A DNA stretch of 64,000 nt from Candidatus Nanopelagicales bacterium (GCA_038316135.1 JBBQAL010000002.1:1869-65868), one strand, 5' to 3'. Shown: positions 11,732 through 22,358, counted from the stretch's first letter. Translations and numbers: made by a program. Notes: generated from the letters alone by a model not told the origin.

Positions 11732-12604
11732 TCAGCCCTCGGGGCTCGCCTTTGGCGCCTTCGTTGGCTTGGTGGACGGTGGACCCTTGGGCTGGTTTGT
11801 CCCCGACTTGCCGGAGTGGTCCGACGTGCCGCCCTTGCGCGGCTTGCTCGACCCACCCTTCGACGTCCCCGTCGACGGCTTGGCGGACGGCTTGTCACCT
11901 GGACCCTTGCCGTTCGGGTCGTTCGAACCCTTCGGACCCTGGTTCGGCTTGTCACCTGGACCCTTGCCGTTCGAACCCTTCGGACCCTTCGGACCCTGGT
12001 TGGCGTCCTGGTGCGGACCCGACTGGCCAGGAAGGTCGCCGGTCAGTTTGTCGATTCGGTTCTGCTGGCCCGGGTTGACATCGCCGCCCAGCACCGCCGT
12101 CGCCTCGGTCAGCAGCTTCTGAGCCTGCGCAGGATCACCATTGGCCATGGCTCGCTGGGCGTCGGCCAACAACTTGTTGGCCTTGGCCCGGTCGGGGGTC
12201 TGCTCTGGCAGCTGCTCGCGAGTGTTTGAATCATCTCCTGCGAACGGGTTGACTTTCGCCATCGCGTGGAGCGGCGCTCGCACCAGGGCGAGAGGGTCGC
12301 CAGTCACAGCCGCCGCAGCCCCGCCAGAAACAGCCAGCGCGAGGACGGTCGATCCGGCGATCAGAGCAGTGCGCCTGCCCCGAGCGGTGGATGTGGCATG
12401 GGTGGTCGACCCACGCGACGAGACGTGCGGCATCACGAACCGAGTGGTTTCATCGACGCCGTCATCAATCTCGGCAACCCACGCCGCTAGCAGCGCTACC
12501 GCAGGGTCGTGCAGGTCTACCTCGTCGAGGGCGCGAGTGGCCAGAGCGTGAATGGACGCAGCATCCTGCTGAACCGCCACGACATCAAGTTCCTGGGCGC
12601 CCAT
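11732..12604 (-). CDS. rsdA: Anti-sigma factor (RsdA-like anti-SigD), single-pass membrane protein with a Gly/Pro/Lys-rich repetitive C-terminus
   Basis: 290 aa. The ATG overlaps the sigD stop (ATGA). TM segment ALIAGSTVLALAVSGGAAAAV. The C-terminus is a low-complexity repeat (GPKGSNGKGPGDKPNQGPKGSNDPNGKGPGDKPS). Synteny sigD-rsdA-guaB as in Mycobacterium. Confidence 0.6.
   Translation of the reverse strand: MGAQELDVVAVQQDAASIHALATRALDEVDLHDPAVALLAAWVAEIDDGVDETTRFVMPHVSSRGSTTHATSTARGRRTALIAGSTVLALAVSGGAAAAVTGDPLALVRAPLHAMAKVNPFAGDDSNTREQLPEQTPDRAKANKLLADAQRAMANGDPAQAQKLLTEATAVLGGDVNPGQQNRIDKLTGDLPGQSGPHQDANQGPKGPKGSNGKGPGDKPNQGPKGSNDPNGKGPGDKPSAKPSTGTSKGGSSKPRKGGTSDHSGKSGTNQPKGPPSTKPTKAPKASPEG
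11888..12002. repeat. Imperfect tandem repeat, about 58 bp x 2, inside the rsdA-like coding region
   Basis: cggcttgtcacctggacccttgccgttcg...aacccttcggaccctggtt occurs twice in tandem. The second copy differs by small indels. It encodes the KGPGDKPNQGPKGSN peptide repeats. Confidence 0.7.
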
Positions 12605-13215
12605 CAGACTGACACCTCGTCAGTGGCGTAGGTACGCAAGCGGGCCAAGGCGCGGTGCTGGGCCACCCGAACCGCACCGGGAGTCATTCCCAATGCGCGA
12701 CCGGTCTCCTCAGCTGACAAACCGACCGCTACCCGAAGGAGGAGGAGCTCGCGGAGGTTGCTGGGCAACCGATCCAACAGGGCGTTGGCCAACTGCGTGT
12801 CCCCTGCCTGGATGACCCGTTCTTCAGGCGTCATGGCTAGGTCCCTGCCGTCAGGGATCACCTCAGTCGGAATGGCGGTCCGAAAGGCGGCACGCTGCAG
12901 GTCAGCCACCTTGTGCGCGGCGATACCGAAGACGAACGCCTCGAAAGGGCGTCCCTCATCGCGGTATCGGGGAAGCGCATTCAGCACGGCGAGCAAGACC
13001 TCCTGCGCCGCATCATCTGCGGCAAAATCGGCTGCCGGAACACGTCCTAAGCGTCCCCGGCAGTAGCGAACTACCAGCGGACGAAGGTGGGTGAGCAGCG
13101 CCTCGGCAGCAGCGTCGTCGCCTTCGGCGGCACGCCCAACGAGGGTGCGCAGATCACCATCCTCCGTTCGATGAAGGATCGCTCCGCCGGGTCCGTTCGT
13201 TACATCGCTGCCCAT
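12604..13215 (-). CDS. sigD: ECF sigma factor, SigD-like
   Basis: 203 aa with region 2 ([37 protein letters not shown]) and a region-4 HTH ([35 protein letters not shown]). Position upstream of the anti-sigma gene and guaB matches the mycobacterial sigD locus. Confidence 0.8.
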   Translation of the reverse strand: MGSDVTNGPGGAILHRTEDGDLRTLVGRAAEGDDAAAEALLTHLRPLVVRYCRGRLGRVPAADFAADDAAQEVLLAVLNALPRYRDEGRPFEAFVFGIAAHKVADLQRAAFRTAIPTEVIPDGRDLAMTPEERVIQAGDTQLANALLDRLPSNLRELLLLRVAVGLSAEETGRALGMTPGAVRVAQHRALARLRTYATDEVSV

Positions 13216-13263
13216 GCCACATCGCAGACCACGTGGTGGTCGGCGTTCACCCCCTCGAGATGG

Positions 13264-13875
13264 TTAGCGCACCAAGCCCCAGCGGAAGCCCATTGCGACG
13301 GCTTGCGCTCGGTCGGCAGCTCCCACTTTTCGGAAGAGCCGGCGGGCATGGGTCTTGACGGTGTCCTCCGACAGGTACAGCTCGCGTCCGATCTCGGCGT
13401 TACTGCGGCCTCGGGACATACCACCAAGTACTTGGAGCTCACGCTCAGTCAGGGTAGGGGGTGCCCCCATCTCGACCGGCTGCGTGCGCCGGGGCACCCG
13501 CCGCCATGTTGCCTCGGCCAGTGCGTAGGAAACCGTCGCTGTCAGCTCTTCGCGGGTAGCGTCCTTGACCAGATAGCCACGTGAGCCACCGGCCACCGCG
13601 CGCGCCACGCCATCTTGGTCCTCAGCCATCGTGAGCATCACGACGGCGGCATCGGGATAGGTTGCGACGAGTCGACGTGCTGACTCAACCCCACCTAACC
13701 CAGGCATTCGGACGTCCATCAGCACCAGTTCGGGGCGTTCCCCCGCCCACCTGCTGAGCACCTCTTCGCCACTCCCCGCCACCGTTACCCGATCTACACC
13801 GGGAACAGCAGCGACGGCGCGACGCAGTGTCTCGCGTGCGAGCGGTGAATCGTCGCACACCAGAACCGTGGTCAC
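13264..13875 (-). CDS. Two-component response regulator, NarL/LuxR family (orphan)
   Basis: Receiver domain (VLVCDDSPL...LVLMDVRMPGLGG...GYLVKDA) plus a C-terminal LuxR HTH (LTERELQVLGGMSRGRSNAEIGRELYLSEDTVKTHARRLFRKVG). Start assigned to the GTG at 13875, preceded by a GGAGG SD. The longer track ORF has an implausible N-extension. Confidence 0.85.
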   Translation of the reverse strand: MTTVLVCDDSPLARETLRRAVAAVPGVDRVTVAGSGEEVLSRWAGERPELVLMDVRMPGLGGVESARRLVATYPDAAVVMLTMAEDQDGVARAVAGGSRGYLVKDATREELTATVSYALAEATWRRVPRRTQPVEMGAPPTLTERELQVLGGMSRGRSNAEIGRELYLSEDTVKTHARRLFRKVGAADRAQAVAMGFRWGLVR

Positions 13876-14023
13876 GGCGCCTCCTTGCAGCGCTCGTCGA
13901 TCGAGCGCGTCGCGGTTCTCGGGTGAGGGGGGCCCGACTGTCTGTAGGTACTCTTCGGCACGTTTGCTACGGAGCGTGAGGGGTGACTTCTTCGAACTTC
14001 CCGAGCCGTGACCAGCACCGGAG

Positions 14024-14950
14024 TCACCCGCCCAGCAAGGCGGCGACATCGGGCCGGTCAAGCCACACGTCCCGCAGGTCGTCGGGAAGATCGTCAGCAA
14101 TGGCGATCACTCCGCTGCGGGCCGCTGCCAGCGACTTCGCCGATTCAGCCGGTGAGCTCTCCTCGAGCAGGGCACCCAGCAGCGCTCGGGACGGCCACAG
14201 CGTGGGAAGGGCACCCAGGCTCTCAGCAAGGGTCGCTGACCGACGAAGGGTGTTCTCAGCCTCGGCGAACTTGCCACCTTGAACCTGGGCCACCGCGAGC
14301 AAGAGCAGAGTCTTGGCCACGTGTCGCGGGGCGCCGGAGACCTCGGCAACCTGAACAGCCCGCAGCAAGATTTCGGCGGCACGCCCTGGATCGCCGATGA
14401 GCATGGCCACTTCCGCCTCCACCCAGGCCAGCCTGACCCGTTGCCGCCACCAGTCGTGGTGGCCGTCGGTCAGCTGGCGGGCTTGTTCAAGCAGATGCTG
14501 GGCCGTTACGGAGTCCTCGTTGACGACGGCATCGGCGGCGAGCCCGATGGTCGCGTCAAAGGTGGCTTCTGGTGCGCCCTCGCTGTAGGCGAAAGCTGCG
14601 TCGTCGAGCAGCTTGGCCTCAGCGAGCTGGCCCAGTTGGCGCCTGACCGCTGCCGACGTTGACGCTGCGAGAGCGGCGAATAGACGCCGTTCGGGCACAT
14701 CGGAGGTACCCGCGGCCACGAGCGGCTCGAGCACCGCCAGGGAACCACCGAACTTTCCTGCTGCTGCCAGACAGACACCGAGCAGCCAGGCTGCGGCCGT
14801 GGCCTCGGCTCCCTTGCCATCGGTCCTCGCCAGCTCGAAGGCCGACTCCAACACGACAACACCACTCGCCGGGCGACCATGAAACGCAGCGCGCTCACCG
14901 GTAGCGAGCAGCTCGGCAAGGTCGTCGGACACAGGTACACCCCAAGACAT
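14024..14950 (-). CDS. Hypothetical Ala/Leu-rich helical-repeat protein
   Basis: Start taken at the internal Met (MSWGVPVSDDLAELL...); the longer ORF N-terminus is Arg/Cys-rich junk. No kinase or other catalytic motifs. Helical, TPR-like composition. Confidence 0.45.
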   Translation of the reverse strand: MSWGVPVSDDLAELLATGERAAFHGRPASGVVVLESAFELARTDGKGAEATAAAWLLGVCLAAAGKFGGSLAVLEPLVAAGTSDVPERRLFAALAASTSAAVRRQLGQLAEAKLLDDAAFAYSEGAPEATFDATIGLAADAVVNEDSVTAQHLLEQARQLTDGHHDWWRQRVRLAWVEAEVAMLIGDPGRAAEILLRAVQVAEVSGAPRHVAKTLLLLAVAQVQGGKFAEAENTLRRSATLAESLGALPTLWPSRALLGALLEESSPAESAKSLAAARSGVIAIADDLPDDLRDVWLDRPDVAALLGG

Positions 14951-15066
14951 CCGGCAGCAACAGACGCCGTGCGACGTCTCTGCTTCTGTCTCGGCACGGG
15001 GCGAGCCATTGTTAACCGCTCCGGCCCTGCCGATCAGGGCCTTTCCACTCAGCGCTGCAGCAGCGA

Positions 15067-15993
15067 TCAGCCCCCGGCAGCGCGCTGCAGCACGGTGACG
15101 GCTTCGCTCAGCGTGCTCACATGTTCGGCACCCGGCGGCACTTGGTCCAGCCAACCTGGGCCACCCACTACGACACATACCGGCGGACGCATGGCCGGAA
15201 CTGCCTCGACTTGATGAGCATCGGCCATCTCGGGCCGATGTGCCCAGAGGAAGACCCCGCTCGCACCACCCCGACGGACGGCAGCTTCGATCGCTTGCCC
15301 CGGAACCCGGGCGCCCAAGACCCGCGAATCGATTCCGCGTTCGGCCAAGGCTGCGGCCAGCGCATGAAGAGGCAGGGTGTGCAGCTCTTCGGGCGCCGAG
15401 GCAAGCATGACTGGGCGAGCGTTGCGTGGCTCCGGCGCAGAAAGCATGACCGAGCGAAGTGACCCCATCACGGTCTCAGCCATCAGATGCTCGACGTCGA
15501 TACCGTTCCCAGTGTCCTGCCACCGCTCGCCGATGGCCGAGAGAACCGGAAGCAGAAGTGCATCCCACGTCCAGAGCACGCCGTACTTTCCGAATGCTTC
15601 GACCAACATCTTGTCGATGGAGCGGGCGTCCAGAGCCAGCGCTGCCCTAGTCAGACCACGGACGGCGGCATCGGTGCTGCGCAGCGGGACAACGGACAGC
15701 GGAGGGCTTTCCGGCTCAGGCGCCAGCCCGAGATCGGCCGGCCCGGCCAGCGCGACGCGGGCTGCCTCGGCCGGGGCCACTCCCTCCAGGGTCAGTCGAC
15801 GCATCTGCTCCAGGCGCTGTACGTCAGTGGGCGTGTAACGGCGGTGGGCGCCAGCTGAGTGGCCGCTCGGACCCACGCCATAGCGCCGGTCCCAGGTGCG
15901 CAGGGTTGCCGGGGCAACCCCCAACCGCCGAGCAAGTGCAGCCACAGTGAGCGACGGCTGCCGGGCATGCGCGTCATTCACCGGTTGTTCCAT
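15067..15993 (-). CDS. MerR-family transcriptional regulator with a C-terminal cobalamin-binding (CarH/LitR-like) domain
   Basis: N-terminal MerR HTH (LTVAALARRLGVAPATLRTWDRRYGV). A W-x9-EH motif (WQDTGNGIDVEH) is characteristic of the B12-binding four-helix bundle of CarH/LitR, and a downstream E-L-H-T-L segment resembles the DxHxxG His-ligand motif. Start taken at MEQPVND. Confidence 0.65.
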   Translation of the reverse strand: MEQPVNDAHARQPSLTVAALARRLGVAPATLRTWDRRYGVGPSGHSAGAHRRYTPTDVQRLEQMRRLTLEGVAPAEAARVALAGPADLGLAPEPESPPLSVVPLRSTDAAVRGLTRAALALDARSIDKMLVEAFGKYGVLWTWDALLLPVLSAIGERWQDTGNGIDVEHLMAETVMGSLRSVMLSAPEPRNARPVMLASAPEELHTLPLHALAAALAERGIDSRVLGARVPGQAIEAAVRRGGASGVFLWAHRPEMADAHQVEAVPAMRPPVCVVVGGPGWLDQVPPGAEHVSTLSEAVTVLQRAAGG

Positions 15994-16143
15994 AAGGGCG
16001 ATTGTGGGCCGACCTGGCCGGCCGCGCACCTCGACACCCCTCAGCAGCAAACGATCCGAATATTGGCCGGTGTTCAGACTTGACCAACCTATGAAGCGGT
16101 TGTAGCGTACGTATCACGCACCACATAGGAACCGCCCACAAAC

Positions 16144-16449
16144 TTGGAGGACCCCATGGCCGACATCTCCCGACTCCCCGGGCCGGTCGCCGATGTATGG
16201 GAATGGCAGTTTGACGGCGCCTGCCGAAGCACTGACCCTGCGACCTTCTTCCACCCAGAGGGCGAACGTGGCCCATCACGTGAAGCCCGCGACCGAGCCG
16301 CACAGGCGATATGCGCCAGTTGCCCGGTAATAGCCCAATGTGCGGCCCACGCGCTCGCCGTCCGTGAGCCCTACGGCGTCTGGGGTGGCATGACCGAGGA
16401 AGAGCGCGACGCGATCTATCGCCGCAAGACGCTCAAGCTCGTCGGCTGA
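16144..16449 (+). CDS. whiB3: WhiB-family [4Fe-4S] transcriptional regulator (WhiB3/WhiD-like)
   Basis: Four conserved Cys (C...C-ASC-PVIAQC), the GVWGG turn and a basic C-terminus. Divergent from the groEL1 locus, as for whiB3 in mycobacteria. Confidence 0.85.
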   Translation: MEDPMADISRLPGPVADVWEWQFDGACRSTDPATFFHPEGERGPSREARDRAAQAICASCPVIAQCAAHALAVREPYGVWGGMTEEERDAIYRRKTLKLVG

Positions 16450-16500
16450 TTTCCGACAAACGCTGAGGACGTCAGCTGGCCCGCTCGGGTGCCGACAACC

Positions 16501-18165
<1,665 letters not shown>

Positions 18166-18191
18166 TCAGGGGCGAACAGGGGGATACGTGC

Positions 18192-18234
18192 GTGACGCCC
18201 CGGTGCCCGACGATGCGGGCACTCGGGGCGTCAC
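18192..18234. other. Long near-perfect inverted repeat (about 18-bp stem) in the groES-groEL1 intergenic spacer
   Basis: GTGACGCCCCGGTGCCCG-acgatg-CGGGCACTCGGGGCGTCAC, with one mismatch. Lies between the groES stop and the groEL1 start. Confidence 0.6.
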
Positions 18235-18261
18235 GACGATTGGTCTAACGGGGGAACTAAC

Positions 18262-18561
18262 TCACTTCTCCACGATCGCGAGCACGTCGCGTGCAGAGAG
18301 GATGAGGTACTCCTGTCCGTCGTACTTGACCTCGGTGCCGCCGTACTTGCTGTAGACGACAACATCACCAACGCTGATGTCGAGGGGAATGCGCTTCTCG
18401 CCGTCATCGTCGAAACGACCCGGACCAACGGCAAGGACCTTGCCCTCTTGGGGCTTCTCCTTGGCGGTGTCGGGAATGACGAGACCTGATGCCGTGGTCT
18501 GCTCGGCATCGAGGGCCTGGACGAGAATGCGGTCCTCGAGCGGCTTGATGGAAACCGACAC
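18262..18561 (-). CDS. groES: Co-chaperonin GroES (10 kDa)
   Basis: [15 protein letters not shown]...[10 protein letters not shown]...[18 protein letters not shown] start at 18561 preceded by a GGAGG SD; the track ORF is 5'-extended. Located upstream of groEL1. Confidence 0.95.
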   Translation of the reverse strand: MSVSIKPLEDRILVQALDAEQTTASGLVIPDTAKEKPQEGKVLAVGPGRFDDDGEKRIPLDISVGDVVVYSKYGGTEVKYDGQEYLILSARDVLAIVEK

Positions 18562-18666
18562 TGAGATGACCTCCGCCTTGCGGCTAAACGAAACAAATGG
18601 GACTGCGCCGACCTTCCGCCGTCGCGGGGTCGGACGGGCGGCGCGTGCTCGTCCACAAGGGACGGG

Positions 18667-18693
18667 CTGGCACACTCAGGGTGAGAGTGCCAA
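18667..18693. promoter_or_regulatory. CIRCE-like HrcA operator, copy 1 (CTGGCACAC-N9-GAGTGCCAA)
   Basis: 9-N9-9 inverted repeat matching the CIRCE consensus TTAGCACTC-N9-GAGTGCTAA at about 6-7 of 9 positions per arm. Lies upstream of groES. Confidence 0.5.
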
Positions 18694-18712
18694 CGCCCAA
18701 CCTAGCCAGCGG

Positions 18713-18739
18713 CTAGCACTCCGTCAACCCGAGTGCCAG
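18713..18739. promoter_or_regulatory. CIRCE HrcA operator, copy 2 (CTAGCACTC-N9-GAGTGCCAG)
   Basis: Left arm matches 8 of 9 and right arm 7 of 9 to the CIRCE consensus, with exact N9 spacing. In the groES 5' region. Confidence 0.65.
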
Positions 18740-18779
18740 CAGGAGACCTCGCTTCGCTCTCGGCGGAGAGGATAGCTCC

Positions 18780-19997
18780 GTGGAACTCGCTGACATCGCG
18801 CTGCTGACCGGCCCCGACGGGCGCCAGCTGCTGGCCGATCTGCCGCCCTACGACGAGCGAGCAGCACTGGCGCTCGGCGAGCGACTCCGTCGAGCCGGTC
18901 ACTCACGTGACCTCGTGACCGCTGCCCTCACCCAAAGCCGGCTTCGCACCAAAGCCGCCCACCGCTGGGGTTCGGCCGGCGCCGATCTGCTCACCCGGCT
19001 CCTGCTCACACCCGACGGGGCCGAGCAGGCGACCAGGCCAACGGTTGCCGCGCTCCGGGCCGAGCGCTACCGGCAGCTGGGCGCTGGTCAGCAGGTGGCC
19101 GACCTCGGTTGCGGTGTCGGCCTTGACGCCATCGCTCTCGCGGAGGCAGGACTGCAAGTGGACGCCTACGACGTCGACCCCGTGACGGCGGCGGTCGCGG
19201 CGGCGAACGCGGCGGCCACGGGGCACTCGGAGCAGATCAACGTCACCTGGGCCGACGTCACCAGATCGTCCGACGTGACCACCGGACGGTACGACGCAGC
19301 CTTTGCCGATCCGGCTCGCCGCCGCGACGGCCGCCGCCTCTTTCGGCCGGAGACATGGTCGCCGCCACTGCCGTGGGTGCTCGACCTCCCGATGGTGAAC
19401 TTGGGAGTCAAGGTCGCTCCCGGGCTTGGGCACGACCACGTCCGGAGTGATACCGAGTTCGCCGTCATCTCCGACAGCGGCGATGTTGTCGAGGCTGCGC
19501 TCTACCGAGGTTCCCTCCGGGACGTCGGCGTCACCCGAAGCGCAATGCTCCTTCCGGCGAAAGCACACCTGTCGGACGCCGACCTTCCCACCATCCCTCC
19601 GCCGGTGAACCCCGTGGGGCAGTACCTCCACGAACCAGACGGTGCGGTCATCCGAGCGGGGTTGGTAGCCGCGGTTGTCGACCTGGTCGACGGCTGGTTG
19701 ATCGATCCGCACATCGCCTACATCAGTTCTCACAGCGCGGTTGTGTCGCCATTCGTGTCCAGTTATCGAGTCATCGACGTGTTCCCGTTCGCGCTCAAAC
19801 GACTCCGCGCCTACCTCCGGGCAGAAAGCGTCGGACGCGTCGTGATCAAAAAGAGGGGATCGGCGATCGACGTCGACGAACTCCACCGATCTCTGCGGCT
19901 GGACCGATCGGCCAGCGAGCAGCGAACTCTGGTGCTGACCCGCATCGGTGATGACCCGATCGTCGCCATCTGCGAGCGGCTGAGATCGGCTGCCTAG
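18780..19997 (+). CDS. Class I SAM-dependent methyltransferase (THUMP-like/RNA methyltransferase-like)
   Basis: 405 aa with a glycine-rich SAM motif I (VADLGCGVGLDAIALA) and an acidic motif II (VDAYDVD). A further C-terminal domain is present. Confidence 0.55.
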   Translation: MELADIALLTGPDGRQLLADLPPYDERAALALGERLRRAGHSRDLVTAALTQSRLRTKAAHRWGSAGADLLTRLLLTPDGAEQATRPTVAALRAERYRQLGAGQQVADLGCGVGLDAIALAEAGLQVDAYDVDPVTAAVAAANAAATGHSEQINVTWADVTRSSDVTTGRYDAAFADPARRRDGRRLFRPETWSPPLPWVLDLPMVNLGVKVAPGLGHDHVRSDTEFAVISDSGDVVEAALYRGSLRDVGVTRSAMLLPAKAHLSDADLPTIPPPVNPVGQYLHEPDGAVIRAGLVAAVVDLVDGWLIDPHIAYISSHSAVVSPFVSSYRVIDVFPFALKRLRAYLRAESVGRVVIKKRGSAIDVDELHRSLRLDRSASEQRTLVLTRIGDDPIVAICERLRSAA

Positions 19998-20314
19998 GCG
20001 CGCGCCTCGAAGGTCGTGACGAGGTTCCAGTGATCGACGAATGGCGATCCGGCAAGCAGGGGTTCCTCGGCCGGCACCGCCGTCATCTGGTGGGCCTGCC
20101 AGTCTGGTCCGAGGAAGCCAGCAAGCGCCTCGGTCCCCTCCCATCGGGTGACGAGAAGGAGTCGGTCGCTTCCGTCGCCAAAGGACCGCAGCACCTCACC
20201 GCCAACGAAGCCCTTGGCCGCAGTCACTCCGGGCCAAACCTCCGCCTTGACGTACTCGATGAGGGCGTCGATCTGCCCCGACTTCACAGGTGTCTCCCAC
20301 ATGCGCACAATCAC
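19994..20314 (-). CDS. ABM/Dabb-fold (antibiotic biosynthesis monooxygenase-like) small protein
   Basis: 106 aa with composition and length typical of an ABM domain (MIVRMWETPVKSGQIDALIEYVKAEVWPGVTAAKGFVGGEVL...LLVTRWEGTEALAGF). Overlaps the convergent methyltransferase gene end by 4 bp. Confidence 0.45.
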   Translation of the reverse strand: MIVRMWETPVKSGQIDALIEYVKAEVWPGVTAAKGFVGGEVLRSFGDGSDRLLLVTRWEGTEALAGFLGPDWQAHQMTAVPAEEPLLAGSPFVDHWNLVTTFEARA

Positions 20315-20380
20315 CAGATCATCATCCCCGACCGCTGGTGGCCGCTGGACGCCGGGGCAGACCTGGCTCCGCCCGGGCGG

Positions 20381-22240
20381 TCAGGCCGGAGGTGGAGGTA
20401 GCGCCTTTCGAACCTCAGGAACGGTCGCGGTCGGGGGCGAGCGCAACAACCAGACCGGGTTCGAGTAGGCCCGGACGGTGGCGGTCTCGTCGCGAAGAAC
20501 GACGCGGTGAAATCGCGAGACGACCGAACTCACCTTGACCGAAAGGACCCCGTCGACGAGTTCAGCTCCGGTGAAGGTTCGACTTGTCACTTCGGGGTTG
20601 AGTACCGCGCTCCCCACCTCGTCAGCCACTCCGCTGATGATGCCGATCCGCCACTGGGCCGGGAGGCCGGAGACGAAGATGTCGAGAGTGGACCGGTCGG
20701 CATCGACCCGCCCGACCGAACCCATGGGAACGAAGCCTGCCCCGATGACATCGATCGTTCCGTTGAATGCGGCAAGGTCAGAGAACCAGGCGCGTCCTGC
20801 TCGCAGGGCGGCCTGCAACGCTGCAAGCCCAGCGTCCTGGGCCCAGACGCCGGTCACGTGCCGCCACCTCTGATTCGTCCAGTCGCGCCCTTCGTGATCA
20901 TCGGTCACACCAACCCCGGTGGCAAGGACCAGGTTGCGAGAAAGCACATCCCACACAGCGATGTAGTCGGACTGGGTCATCCCGGCACGCCCACCGGTGT
21001 ACCCGACCTCGAGGACGTCGGCTCCGAACACCCGCTCGTCGACGAAGGTAGCGGTGAGCGCTCGACGCTTCTTCGCCCTCTGATCTGCGGAGATGGCGGA
21101 CCCCGACGTTCCAAAGGGATGGTTGTACGACGCAACCCCGCCCGACGCCTGGATGGTGGAGATCGCCAGCCCGATGTCGGCGTTGGCCGGATCCGATGCC
21201 GGCCAGATCTCGGGGTTACCGAACCAGTTCAGGTGTGGCGTGTTCTCTGAGACCTCCAGCCCTTGGTGTTGCACCACCGTCGGGTAGAGCGGCGCATAGT
21301 GCGCCATCAGATCGCGTTGCACCTCAAGCACCGCCGTCGAGCCTTTGCGGAGTCGGTCGAACCGCAAGGCATCAACGACGACAGTCGACGGCGCCAGGTC
21401 GCGTGACGTGACTGCGAAGGCAAATGACGTGAGAGCTGCATCACGAAAGTCGATATCTGGCCAGATCACTGTCATGTCTGCGACCGGGTCTAGCACGAGC
21501 GTGGTCCACACGTCTGTTTCCGCATCCACCACGACCAGACCGTCCAGCGGGTCGACCTCGACGACTGTGCCGGGCTGACGGCTGCCACCAACGCGATAGC
21601 GAAGCCGGTACACGCCGGCGGGGCGGTCCTGCAGAGCAGGTCGGTAGGACGTCTCGATCACGATTTCAAACCAGGCATCCGCACTGGTCTCAATCGGCCA
21701 GACATCGACGCTGATGGTAGTGCCGTCGATGGATGTGTTGAGCCCGTAGTCCTTGACATGCGCTGTCACGGTGCGGGTACCACTGGCAGATCCACGACTG
21801 ACCGCCGACATGCGTAAAGCTCTGCCACCAACGTCGCTCGGTGACATCGGCTGGCTCACGATCGATCCAGACGAGGTGTCGAGGTCGCCAACCACGGTCG
21901 ACCGCCAGGTGACGCTCGTCGCCCCCGACCATTCGGTCAGGCCGTCGAAGTGCACATCAGTCAGGTACCGGCGCGCCACCATGCGGTGGTCATGCTCGGT
22001 CCACCAGATGACGTCGACTCCGGTGCGCTCAGCCTCGGCAAGGTGCGCCTGCATCGAGGCGCCGCCCTCACTGAATGACGCGTGCACATGCATCGCCATC
22101 CGGGTGGGAACCAGGCCGTCCGCTGGGCGAGCGGCAACGGCGGGCACTCGTTCCAGCGCAACTCCCGCGCCGGCAAGCACAGCCGTCGTCGCGGCGCCCC
22201 GAAGCACCGTACGCCGTCCTACCAGCCGTTCCCCTGTCAT
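20381..22240 (-). CDS. TAT-secreted PHP-domain (polymerase/histidinol-phosphatase-like) metal-dependent phosphoesterase-like protein with a large C-terminal beta-rich domain
   Basis: Twin-arginine signal (RRTVLRGAATTAVLAGAGVA) at the chosen start MTGERLVGRRT. PHP-like metal-binding motif MAMHVHASFSEGG...DVIWWTEHDH. Confidence 0.6.
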   Translation of the reverse strand: MTGERLVGRRTVLRGAATTAVLAGAGVALERVPAVAARPADGLVPTRMAMHVHASFSEGGASMQAHLAEAERTGVDVIWWTEHDHRMVARRYLTDVHFDGLTEWSGATSVTWRSTVVGDLDTSSGSIVSQPMSPSDVGGRALRMSAVSRGSASGTRTVTAHVKDYGLNTSIDGTTISVDVWPIETSADAWFEIVIETSYRPALQDRPAGVYRLRYRVGGSRQPGTVVEVDPLDGLVVVDAETDVWTTLVLDPVADMTVIWPDIDFRDAALTSFAFAVTSRDLAPSTVVVDALRFDRLRKGSTAVLEVQRDLMAHYAPLYPTVVQHQGLEVSENTPHLNWFGNPEIWPASDPANADIGLAISTIQASGGVASYNHPFGTSGSAISADQRAKKRRALTATFVDERVFGADVLEVGYTGGRAGMTQSDYIAVWDVLSRNLVLATGVGVTDDHEGRDWTNQRWRHVTGVWAQDAGLAALQAALRAGRAWFSDLAAFNGTIDVIGAGFVPMGSVGRVDADRSTLDIFVSGLPAQWRIGIISGVADEVGSAVLNPEVTSRTFTGAELVDGVLSVKVSSVVSRFHRVVLRDETATVRAYSNPVWLLRSPPTATVPEVRKALPPPPA

Positions 22241-22358
22241 GTTCCCCCTCGCAGCAGCCGGCCGCCGGGCCAAGCCTCGGCTCATCCTGGCCCAACCCCG
22301 TCCTCGGCGAAGGAGAACGGCCACTATTCACCCGACCGGTGGAGGCTGGCTCATAGGC

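Noticed and set aside
20507-21250. 247-aa plus-strand ORF
   Set aside because: Antisense within the PHP-domain gene. No start context.
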